Virus record (IMG/VR): IMGVR_UViG_3300032240_000659
Span: 32,001-96,000 of that record
Source: a virus
Direction: 5' to 3' (one strand)
Length of the DNA: 64,000 nt
Shown: piece after piece, positions 58,701-64,000 of the stretch
How the letters are laid out: each line of letters begins with the position of its first letter
Position numbering within the stretch: position 1 is the first letter of the stretch
Translations under genes and position numbers: made by a program
Notes under the pieces: model-generated
What the model was told of the DNA's origin: nothing
The model's input: the letters and a program-made list of their open reading frames with translations, nothing else
Database searches by the model: none

Positions 58701-60044
58701 GTAGTAGTTTCTAAAGATAATGAATATACTTACAATTCTGCAAATAACTCAATTACATTTGCAACAGCATATACTAGTGGAGATCGTGTAGAAGTAACAT
58801 CGTTTTATAAACATGATGTACTTGGAATTCAACGTTCTAATTTTAACATAACTGTAAATGCTGATCTAGTTGCAGATACTGTAGATTATTTCACATATAA
58901 AAATTTACTAGGCGGAACATTTCCTTTAGAAAGAGCCGTTATAGGAATTGAATATGTTTGGGTTACCAAGAACAATCAATTATTGACTCAAGGCGCTGAT
59001 TATAAATTATTAGACGATATGCAAACAATTGTATTAACTGTATATCCTACTATAGGAGATGTATACAGTGTAATAACATATGGCAGCAATGTGTTAAAGC
59101 CTGGAATTGCATACATGCAATTTAAAGATATGCTAAATCGTGTTCATTATAAGAGATTAAATTTTAATAAGAGAACATATCTTTCTAAAAATTTAAAATA
59201 CGGTGATTTAACAATTGAGGTGGTTGATGGATCAATTCTTGATTATCCTTCAATAGCTTTAAATACTCCAGGAGTAATTGAAATTCGTGGAGAGCGTATC
59301 GAATATTTTACAAAAACTGGAAATGTCCTTGGGCAACTACGTCGAGGTACTTTAGGAACTGGCACTCCTTTAGTCCACAATACAGGCTCATATGTTCAAG
59401 ATATTGGGCGCTCAGAAACAGTTCCATACATAGATACTGCATCTACCGAACAAATAGTCTCTGATGGTACTACAATAGTTCCAATATCATTTGCTCCAGC
59501 TAGCGTAGACGAAATTGAAGTATTTGTTGGAGGTTATGACACTACAACAATTTGGGAACCTGCAACAGCCTATATAGTTGATACTATTGTTAATCATGGC
59601 AGTTACATGTTCAGATGTATAACTGCTCATACAAGTTCAACAACATTTAACTTAGATTCTGCAAAGTGGAAATTATTTGTAGGAAATATTCGACTACAAA
59701 AGAAATCTTATAGTGTTTTTAATATTAATAATGCTCCTGAAAGTCCAGAAGGTGATGTAATATTGCTTGCTGATTTTACAGTAGACGGTACTAGCAAAAA
59801 AATTATATTAACAAACAAATTAATAACTGGCACACTTGTTACAGTTATTAAAAAGTCAGGAGTAGCCTGGGATGACTCTACTAACATTATGGAATCTACA
59901 GGTAAGATAGCTGAGTTTATTAATGCTCAACCGGGTGTATGGTACACTGATATGAAACAAGTATCTGTAAATACAGTTAGAAGTTTTGATAGCGGTTTAG
60001 GAACATTTGACAGCAGCTCACAAACATTCGATCAAGGAAATTAA
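46743..60044 (+). CDS. Giant baseplate/virion protein, gp7-position (4433 aa)
   Basis: 13.3-kb uninterrupted ORF after gp6. FG-GAP-like repeats, W..Y..G.IV.Y...YY motifs, and PYRTKIRE and DFDLPP segments. Confidence 0.65.
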   Translation: MADSINPYEGKITASNFLPRFYKTDTNKKFLQATLDQLIVNGTVKKVNGYIGRQNSKATVGSDIFLKTPTTTRQNYQLEPGMVIKDTLGNTTFFKDYQDYINQLGVFGANTDNHARINKQEFYSWDPHINWDKFIDFQNYYWLPYGPDVIKIYGKEQEIASEYTVVVESELDSNEYLFTPNGLTRNPTLKLFRGKTYTFDINSPGNPFSFKTTRTAGSLDRYITETLNVAAVEKGVITFTIPVNAPDILYYVSETDINLGGVIHILSATENSYIDVESELLGKKTYTLSTGVQLSNGMKLQFGGNVFPKSYASDKFYVEGVGTAIKLVKESTLNFVSSYTVSKSVPFESVPFDQGPFSNTTSYAGHLDYIVINRSSKDQNPWSRHNRWFHKDVINASATFNGKVAEYDQSFRAVRPIIEFEADLKLFNYGTIAVGDVDLVDTFTKDVFSTVEGAVGYNIDNSTVVNGQRILFTADTDSRVKNKIFKVEFVTVNSPSGSLVRQIHLVEETLPVTNQVILVKQGLKNSGQSYWFNGNTWNLTQQKIKPNQAPLFDVFDSDGVSYGDTVTYNGSTFAGTTIFSYAVGTYYDDKLGFNIKYKNINNFGDIVFNFDLLMDEFQYKQNTDVNIQNINVGYLAKSVDLTTVNYVNGWQLNLLKTVQAAVRIYKNSNLTNNFSIDIFDDITNLTDLVVRVYVNGIRVDSSKWSVIDAPTYKQVVFNAPVAIDDVVTIKTFARQPINNNGYYEIPINLQNNPKNGQITEFTLGEVSDHVNSIVDNLSNFTGTFPGSNNLRDLGNITPYGTKFVQHSGPFGLSLYHITSETNNIVKSLEKARDDYNNFKRNFIAVANKLGLDADPVRQVNEILKIINKDKPNTAPYYFSDMVPYGASIKNTYTVVDYRIKTYPLSTTFNLDTLSNKAVSIYLNGLQPPTGTQLLYGKDYTFDSQGFFVLSDTVPLQNDDTLTVIEFESTDGCFVPETPTKLGIWPKYEPKVYVDSSLVTPRTMIQGHDGSQVLAYGDFRDDLIIELEKRIFNNIKVEYNSSIYDIYDIVPSYNRTNDYSITEFNEVLAPSFYKWTALVDRDFTKPLSFDRYNPLTFNYRGHTAPDGREVPGYWRGIYRWLYDTDRPNICPWEMLGFTIQPSWWEQLYGPAPYTRDNLVMWQDISNGLVKEPGKPPVKLEKFAKPFLMQCIPVDSNGSILNPIEAGAATGIITAATQGDFVFGDVSPIEAAWRRSSHYPFSVMLASMLLTPAKTFGVLLDRSRIVRNLANQLIYKDTGIRVTPADIKLPNLFSSSSRVQTSGIINYLVNYILSDTLKSYEQYVYDLTYINFKLSYRVGGFTSKEKFNLLLDSRSPMSTGSVFVPQENYDIILNSSSPVKKITYSGVIITKMQDGFEVKGYTKTRPYFKYYPWIESGININIGGISEAFVSWTSSQKYIAGKIVKYSNKYYRTLTTHTSTSVFEPAYYQSLSSLPVVGGKNAYLRKTWDRTDPITVPFGTKFRTVQEVVDFLLGYGEYLKDQGFIFDDFNNALAQVTNWETSAKEFLFWTTQNWSSGQDKWDEWLPNTATPYEAIVRYNGDYYRAIKLSQPSPFFIEDDFVKLDGLSSIGSSVITLSPAAAKLTFSTVYCVVEDIKNQFNGYEIFKVDGTPIAPTFLNSYREDNSVSYTPRGDDGIYGASFYLVQREQVVVIDNTTMFNDMLYNLESGYKQDRIKVSGYVSVDWKGSFDVPGFIFDQAKINNWESWQDYALGDIVKHKEFFYSAGKFLPGTESFIATDWVKLDKTPTPKLIPNWNYKASQFEDFYSLDSDNFDVGQQKIAQHLIGYQKRQYLENIIQDDVSEFKFYQGMIIEKGTQNVLNKLFDVLSAENQESLKFYEEWALRVGQYGANGSYENIEFIINEALFKNNPQGFELVNTLNSKVNDFVIRQLPADVYLKPLGYNSSPWPQNKNYTPFLRTAGHVRADEVLLTLKSLDSIISADISKFKNSDCVWCTFDVNSWNVYRYTNTDYRVTSVNFSSASKQLTVVVDKLIKEAAGDYIGLDGLTGYSAFYKVISVTLNSMILSGPTTLPPGELTATGKAVISKFVSQRTSSIDNIDSIVPNKLVPGELVWVDDAGDGKWATLKYNPVYSRVEVSSPAPQAGLGFGKTIASDYKGSILATSTNNGELLIYLKSGTMTPWVQRSTISVPYIASGFDNSLVSTVLAISPNGRWLVTGTPLASNSKTSVINGLTVAVSTGTTSVFTNHGAITIYEKDINNIYNIVATVLSPSPASNELFGSSIVLSDVNILVGAPGTNKVYKLNFGTAWTYDVLSTLTGATGFGTNLSLSFDASTLAVSAIGQVTVYKDGHSTVLSNGSSAFGTSISLSYTGDFIAISDPLADGKQTDQGAVTVYAYNGTTYTVKQTLVNYNPETAELFGTTVKFMNDYKTLVVYTANADSVIDTTFDADQTLHPTESGNSTTLDSSATTIITKKINGGRVDIYDLYSTKWVYSESLENLGDTSDRFAQGLAVFANGILVGAPATYNQNLISGKVYFYTKDINTYTWSVLHKEINKPDVFKIKRAFIYNKPANKLLTYLDVVDPIQGKIPGIAEKEIKFKTFYDPAIYSVGSASVNVDEGMAWSINQVGALWWDLRTAKFVNSYDTDIVYRNSTWNTLAVGASIDVYEWAQSSLKPSEWDAQADTEAGVAIGISGKTLYGDTVYSTSIRYDSISKSKKTTYYYWVKNKKTIPALPFRNMSAQDVANIIANPRGEGYKYLALTGLNSFSLVNVKSLLSAEETILSVEYWTVDKIDQNVHTQWAIISEDSPTLPATIEQKWFDSLCGKDSYGRQVPDITLPIKLRYGVENRPRQSMFVNRFEALKQLVEQANLFLIEKQIVTTRNISALNRYDAEPKIVTVDGITDVPSGLYDKIIDTDAELNYTNFISYQKPNLEPIIVNGRITGVNIISKGAGYIYAPYITIHGSGVNANIRTIINEQGQIIGANIISSGTGYDSNTLLIVRDFSVLVHSDSQAAGAWSIYSYDPTNNIWSRIVSQTYDVRNYWKKVDWYATGYSQFTAINIAVNTLVDLQDTDIKVGEVVKVKTTNNGTWLLLEKYSNIVSVDWTLSYKVVGIENGTIQLTSNLYKFVGSNVGYDAVLYDGGVFDNVAANELKIILNALRDDILVDDLKSQYLNLFFTSVRYALSEQLYIDWIFKTSFVKSKHLVGDLHQAVTFKNDNLSNFEDYISEVTPYRTKIREFISSYTKIDNSQSVVTDFDLPPTYNAETDTVSSILTYTSNAGIEVGDSAIRSYPWKNWFDNVGFKVTDIKIVDGGTGYISQPVVKIVGTSRTPASATAYIANGKVNRVVLVTSGDGYLKAPTILLDGGLSSSGIAGRAVAIISDGTTRSSLIKMKFDRITSTYFITQLQETETFTGIYSKKQFPLTWAPNTRIGQSSVTINGVEVLRDDYTLSIVKSTSRGYTSYSGSLIFNTAPLANTSISITYLKDWSLLNAADRIQYYYNPTTGQLGKDLSQLMTGIDYGGVIVNSLGFDLNYGWGAAGWYTDRWDSYDSEFDDYIKTVDGSTHSFTLPYVPDSGTVLNIYYSKVGTTSFVRLDDPYYGTVNQTNVNAIMMPVIADGTLATVTIPGTFAVSAGDSFIIRKITSDGSLKFNELDYDTALSGGELAEYSSATGLRADDIIVDGDEFNSQITNSGPEEVVPGQVIDSVAIKVYDRLASGSANIHVDNYFANGTDKIFPITQTINSNQAAFVKINSVIKNLVDDYSIDYKNKSIVFVSAPAAGSLVSIFSFGFSGSNILDVDYFIADGVSAEFITKAPWVSSVKSLVYINGIPVNVVLFKTDNTYDTYNRIGIRFSQVPVVGDVINFIIVSGSEQTFSITKTEKISANGSLTYILQNQIGNTLPAEANMIVRVNQTILKGPDTSYFTIKSNRLNYQLHPVRFPKLGVDANRITVYAAGELLAVGYDYIVDLTGITIKINKNTYAKYSGKTLSVVVSKDNEYTYNSANNSITFATAYTSGDRVEVTSFYKHDVLGIQRSNFNITVNADLVADTVDYFTYKNLLGGTFPLERAVIGIEYVWVTKNNQLLTQGADYKLLDDMQTIVLTVYPTIGDVYSVITYGSNVLKPGIAYMQFKDMLNRVHYKRLNFNKRTYLSKNLKYGDLTIEVVDGSILDYPSIALNTPGVIEIRGERIEYFTKTGNVLGQLRRGTLGTGTPLVHNTGSYVQDIGRSETVPYIDTASTEQIVSDGTTIVPISFAPASVDEIEVFVGGYDTTTIWEPATAYIVDTIVNHGSYMFRCITAHTSSTTFNLDSAKWKLFVGNIRLQKKSYSVFNINNAPESPEGDVILLADFTVDGTSKKIILTNKLITGTLVTVIKKSGVAWDDSTNIMESTGKIAEFINAQPGVWYTDMKQVSVNTVRSFDSGLGTFDSSSQTFDQGN

Positions 60045-60045
60045 A

Positions 60046-61029
60046 ATGGCGCAAAAAATTATTAATGTAGGTACAGCTACAAACGACGGTACTGGTGATA
60101 CTCTTAGAGATGGTGCAATAAAAGTTAATGACAACTTTACAGAACTATATTCTCTTCCATCAATTCCACAGCAGACAAATCAAAACGGAAAATTTTTAAG
60201 TACTAACGGTTCTACGCTAGTGTGGACAACTGCCGCTGATTATTCAGGCCCAGTATTGCCCTCTGTGTTAAACAATGCTGGTAAGTTTTTAACAACCGAT
60301 GGTAGCGCAACATCTTGGGGATCAGTTAATTACAATAATCTAACAAATAAACCAACTATCCCAGCCGCCCAAGTATCAAGTGACTGGAATGCAAGTAGTG
60401 GTGTTACACAAATACTAAACAAACCAACTATCCCAGCCGCTCAAGTTCAAAGCGATTGGAACGCAGTATCCGGACTTGGAGTTATTCTAAACAAACCAAC
60501 TATCCCAGCCGCCCAAGTATCAAGTGACTGGAACGCAGTATCCGGACTTGGAGTTATTCTAAACAAACCAACTATCCCAGCCGCCCAAGTATCAAGTGAC
60601 TGGAATGCAAGTAGTGGTGTTACACAAATACTAAACAAACCAACTATCTTAAATCTACAAACAAGGGTTTCCTTAGTTGGTACAACTAGCGCAATCGCTG
60701 CCAACGCATCACAAAGTGTGACTATTACTGGGTTTAAAGGATATGCATTGTATTCTGTGCAAACAAGTGCCGCCGCCTGGGTAACCATATATAATGGTGC
60801 AACTGCAAGGACAAACGACTCGGCTAGGGTGATTACAACAGATCCAACCCCTGGCAGCGGAGTGATTGCAGAAGTTATTACAGCCGGCGCAAGCACATAC
60901 AACTTTGCCCCTGCAATTATTGGTTACAGTGCAGAAAATACAACATCGATTCAATTAAAAGTTAGCAATCAAAGCGTAACAACGCAGTCAATTACTGTTA
61001 CATTGACGCTAATACAATTAGAGGCATAA
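60046..61029 (+). CDS. gp9/gp10-like baseplate fibre protein with 24-aa repeats (327 aa from ATG 60046)
   Basis: N-terminal INVGTATNDGTGDTLRDGAIKVNDNFTELY is the gp9/gp10-type motif. SD AAGGA precedes 60046. Confidence 0.7.
   Translation: MAQKIINVGTATNDGTGDTLRDGAIKVNDNFTELYSLPSIPQQTNQNGKFLSTNGSTLVWTTAADYSGPVLPSVLNNAGKFLTTDGSATSWGSVNYNNLTNKPTIPAAQVSSDWNASSGVTQILNKPTIPAAQVQSDWNAVSGLGVILNKPTIPAAQVSSDWNAVSGLGVILNKPTIPAAQVSSDWNASSGVTQILNKPTILNLQTRVSLVGTTSAIAANASQSVTITGFKGYALYSVQTSAAAWVTIYNGATARTNDSARVITTDPTPGSGVIAEVITAGASTYNFAPAIIGYSAENTTSIQLKVSNQSVTTQSITVTLTLIQLEA
60346..60648 (+). repeat. Four 72-nt tandem repeats plus a partial copy
   Basis: NKPTIPAAQV(S/Q)SDWNA(SSGVTQ/VSGLGV)IL units starting at 60346, 60418, 60490, 60562 and 60634. 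Confidence 0.9.
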
Positions 61030-61030
61030 T

Positions 61031-62656
61031 ATGCAAACACCGCTAGATACAGAATTATCAATTAGTGTTTATCTTAAAAGAGATAAGCACGAAAACGGCA
61101 TGACTATTCAAGAATACGCTGACGGTATTATTGCGGGAACACAACCAATATTAGATCATGACGAATATGTATATCAGTTTGGGGCAGTTGCTGACGAAGT
61201 GGCTCTTGTTGAAGAGTGGGCTTTAAAAAATAATTTAATAATATTGCAAACAAGTGTAGACGGTGCATTTGTTAAACTAGTGGGCACGGCCGAAAAATTT
61301 AATAATATTTTTAATATTAAATTAGAAACTATTATTGAAAATAATAGAACATATATAACACACCAAGATGTTTTAACTATTCCTGCAGATATTAATTCAG
61401 TAGTTGACATAGTACTGGGATTAGATAATTCGGTTACATTTAGCCATAATGCTATATTGGAAGAAACTGCTCAAGGCCCAATTTCTCCTAACTTAATTAG
61501 TAGTCCTTCACCGGTTGATCTAGCTTTAGCCTATAAATTTCCAAGGGCGCCAGGAAGTGATTTAGTTCAAGGTAATGGCCAATGTGTAGCTATTATTGAA
61601 TTAGGTGGTGGCTGGACAACAGCAAATTTAACAAGTACTTTTACTCGTATTAATCAACCAAATCCTACAGTAGTTGATATACTAGTTGATGGAGGTGTAA
61701 ATGATCCAACTGGCGCAGACAGTGGAGAAGTTATGCTTGACATTTATTGCGTTGGCTCAATAGTACCAGCCGCAAAACTAGCCATGTATTTTGCCCCTAA
61801 CTCATATCAAGGATTTATTGATACAATAGTATTTCCGACAAATGATACTGTAAACAATCCAAGTATAATTAGTGTTAGTTGGGGAACTACTGATAGCAAT
61901 TGGAGTTCTTCGTATCGAAATGCATTTGAAGTTGCATTAGCTGCCGCAGTTGTTAAAGGAATCACAGTGTTTGTTGCTGCCGGCGACTATGGCGTAAAAG
62001 CAGTTAGTGGCAGTGCAACTTATACTGTACAATATCCAGCAACAAGTTCGTATGTAATATGTGCTGGCGGAACAGTAATGTCAATTAATAATGACTATTC
62101 AATTGCTAGCGAAGTACCTTGGGGAACTACTACAGGAACATTTGCCGGAGGCGGCGGCGTTAGCACAATTTTTAGTGTACCAACTTGGCAAACTGGATTT
62201 AGCAGTAAGGTATATCCAAGCGGCACTGTATCGAGCCTAACTGGTAGGGGTATACCCGATGTGTCTGCTCACGCTGTCGGGTATGCTTTTTATTACGGAT
62301 CTAGTAATGTTTTTGGTTCAAGTTTTGTTGGGACTAGCGCTACAGCACCTTTATTGGCAGGTATGATGGCAAGATTAAATCAGCTTACTGGCAAGCGTAT
62401 TGGATTTGTAAATAGTGACTGGTATTCAATTCGTACTACAGCATTTAATGATCAAACAACTGGTGACAATCACGGCGGCAACTCTGTAGGGTATATGGCC
62501 ACAACAGGATGGGATGCATGTACTGGAATAGGTAGTCCAATTGGTACAGAAATATATAAATTTTATAAAGTTGGAACAACGTTTCCTAAATCAAATAATG
62601 GATTTAGGCCAACATCTGGACAGGCATATCCGAGACCATACACAGGCGTAAGATAA
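61031..62656 (+). CDS. Sedolisin/kumamolisin-family serine-carboxyl peptidase (S53) with prodomain (541 aa)
   Basis: GQCVAIIELGGG, E-x-x-L-D (EVMLD), ISVSWG, AAGD, YPATSSYV, RGIPDVSA, GTSATAP and GWDACTGIGSP. Confidence 0.9.
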   Translation: MQTPLDTELSISVYLKRDKHENGMTIQEYADGIIAGTQPILDHDEYVYQFGAVADEVALVEEWALKNNLIILQTSVDGAFVKLVGTAEKFNNIFNIKLETIIENNRTYITHQDVLTIPADINSVVDIVLGLDNSVTFSHNAILEETAQGPISPNLISSPSPVDLALAYKFPRAPGSDLVQGNGQCVAIIELGGGWTTANLTSTFTRINQPNPTVVDILVDGGVNDPTGADSGEVMLDIYCVGSIVPAAKLAMYFAPNSYQGFIDTIVFPTNDTVNNPSIISVSWGTTDSNWSSSYRNAFEVALAAAVVKGITVFVAAGDYGVKAVSGSATYTVQYPATSSYVICAGGTVMSINNDYSIASEVPWGTTTGTFAGGGGVSTIFSVPTWQTGFSSKVYPSGTVSSLTGRGIPDVSAHAVGYAFYYGSSNVFGSSFVGTSATAPLLAGMMARLNQLTGKRIGFVNSDWYSIRTTAFNDQTTGDNHGGNSVGYMATTGWDACTGIGSPIGTEIYKFYKVGTTFPKSNNGFRPTSGQAYPRPYTGVR

Positions 62657-63345
62657 TGAATAATTTACTTAACGGTGAAGGTATTAGTATAAGTCATGTA
62701 AATGGCAATTTAATGATTACTAACACAATGCCTAACAGAAATACATTTAAAACAATTAGAGTTTTAAACACAGAGTTATCCGCTAAACACCCGGTTGATA
62801 CATTAGTTCTTTCACATGATAAAAATATCAATATAGAAGTTGACTCTAACACTAATCAACTTTCTTTTTCCTTAAACGGAGATGAAATATGTTCTAATGT
62901 GAATAGTTCTGTTGTAACTACAGAAATTTTTAAAATTAAGGGAGATTTAGATACTGCTATTAGTGCATATTCAGAACTTCTTAATTTGTATCATAAAAAA
63001 TTAGAAGAAGCATCAATTTTAAGAAATTCTATTTCAGCTTTATCTTACCAAGATGCTACGTTAGACAATCAGTTACTATCATACGATACATCGTTAGCTA
63101 TTTTATCTAGACAGATTAATGAGTTAAAATCTAATATAGATAATCCCAATGCTAAATTTACCTATAATCTTGCTACTAAACAGGTAAAACTAGATAGACC
63201 ATTTTTGGGGCAATTTATTTTAGAAAATTTAACAACTGATGAACGTAATTATATTTTTAACCCCTCTACAGGTAGGTTAATTTTTAATATTACTGATAAA
63301 AAAGTTCAAGTATATAACGGGCAAGAGTGGGTATCCTTGCATTAA
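62656..63345 (+). CDS. Coiled-coil tail/fibre-associated protein (229 aa)
   Basis: Heptad-rich middle and C-terminal TTDERN...GRLIFN.TD..VQVYNGQEW fibre motif. Confidence 0.5.
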   Translation: MNNLLNGEGISISHVNGNLMITNTMPNRNTFKTIRVLNTELSAKHPVDTLVLSHDKNINIEVDSNTNQLSFSLNGDEICSNVNSSVVTTEIFKIKGDLDTAISAYSELLNLYHKKLEEASILRNSISALSYQDATLDNQLLSYDTSLAILSRQINELKSNIDNPNAKFTYNLATKQVKLDRPFLGQFILENLTTDERNYIFNPSTGRLIFNITDKKVQVYNGQEWVSLH

Positions 63346-63366
63346 ACTAGCAGATATTGATACTAG

Positions 63367-63373
63367 ATAAATA
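63367..63373 (+). promoter_or_regulatory. Putative late promoter ATAAATA
   Basis: Intergenic, 20 nt upstream of ATG 63394. Confidence 0.55.
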
Positions 63374-63393
63374 TAGAATAAAGAGAGACTACT

Positions 63394-64000
63394 ATGCAGA
63401 GTAAAGATAACACTGGAATACACATTGAAGGGCATATTAAAATTTTTAACCCAGAATCGGGTGAAATTTTTGTAAACAAACGAAATGCAATTCATTATGA
63501 AAATATGAGTATTGCCCTAGCAAGAAGTATTGCAAATAGTGGCGACGGTTTTATATATCAGCTTGCCTTAGGCAACGGCGGCACAAACATTGATCCAACA
63601 GGAATTATTACCTACTTAACACCTAATAGTTCAGGTAGTAATGCTAGCTTGTACAACGAACAATATGCCAAAGTTGTTGATGATCGTTCTAGCAATAATA
63701 CTGACCCTACAAGAAATTATATTGAATCACGCCACGTAACTGGTACAAATTATACCGATGTATTTGTTACTTGTTTATTAGATTACGGCGAACCTAACGG
63801 ACAAAGTGCATTTGATAATACTACAAATAATGATAGTTCTTTTGTTTTTGATGAGTTAGGATTAAAGAGTTATAGCTCAACAGACCAACAATTATTATTA
63901 ACTCATGTTGTTTTTCACCCTGTTCAAAAATCCTTAAACAGATTAATTCAGATTGATTATACTGTACGTATTCAAAGTTTAACTGGATTAACAGGAGTAT
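63394..64000 (+). CDS. Baseplate/tail-fibre attachment-type protein, truncated by the window edge (>=202 aa)
   Basis: Open frame MQSKDNTGIHIEGHIKIF...NAIHYENMS...LGNGG...FDELGL...HPVQKSLNRLIQIDYTVRIQ. Not in the ORF track because no stop falls inside the window. Confidence 0.65.
   Translation, partial: MQSKDNTGIHIEGHIKIFNPESGEIFVNKRNAIHYENMSIALARSIANSGDGFIYQLALGNGGTNIDPTGIITYLTPNSSGSNASLYNEQYAKVVDDRSSNNTDPTRNYIESRHVTGTNYTDVFVTCLLDYGEPNGQSAFDNTTNNDSSFVFDELGLKSYSSTDQQLLLTHVVFHPVQKSLNRLIQIDYTVRIQSLTGLTGV

Noticed and set aside
60007-60045. ORF-track start at 60007 (and TTG 38725 for gp53)
   Set aside because: Both overlap the upstream gene. ATG 60046 (with SD) and ATG 38740 fit better.
60346-60648. 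72-nt repeats as a CRISPR array or DGR template/variable repeat
   Set aside because: The repeats are in-frame and contiguous with no unique spacers. Differences are not adenine-specific, and there are no cas or reverse transcriptase genes in the window.
1-64000. Alternative genetic code, integrase, anti-CRISPR or defence island
   Set aside because: ORFs tile the window in code 11 and no such motifs were recognised.

Overview
This window is part of a large AT-rich dsDNA myovirus-like phage genome, distantly T4-like. No tRNA, rRNA, CRISPR array, integrase or reverse transcriptase is visible. Layout: (i) 1-22.3 kb, minus strand: 11 Thr/Ser/Gly-rich fibre, adhesin or decoration genes that share repeated modules; (ii) 22.4-30.6 kb, minus strand: head module (major capsid, scaffold, protease, acidic core protein, portal) plus a tape-measure-like gene; (iii) 30.7-31.7 kb, plus strand: gp26-like hub/chaperone gene with a probable -1 frameshift extension; (iv) 31.7-37.7 kb, minus strand: gp55 late sigma factor, gp47/gp46, two small genes, a stand-alone GIY-YIG nuclease and a 304-aa gene; (v) 37.7-64 kb, plus strand: baseplate module (tube-like, gp53, hub, gp5-like, gp25, gp6, a 4433-aa protein), then a gp9/10-like fibre, a sedolisin (S53) protease and two more tail-type genes. 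Best leads: a ~445-nt densely structured, pseudoknot-containing non-coding region directly after the GIY-YIG stop codon (candidate nuclease + ncRNA system); a T_TTT_TTC slippery site with a hairpin that would fuse an otherwise startless gp51-like frame; a perfect 22-bp palindrome inside a near-consensus sigma70 promoter for gp55; two structured late leaders; and an intact S53 protease among tail genes. All protein calls come from motif recognition and synteny, not database searches.
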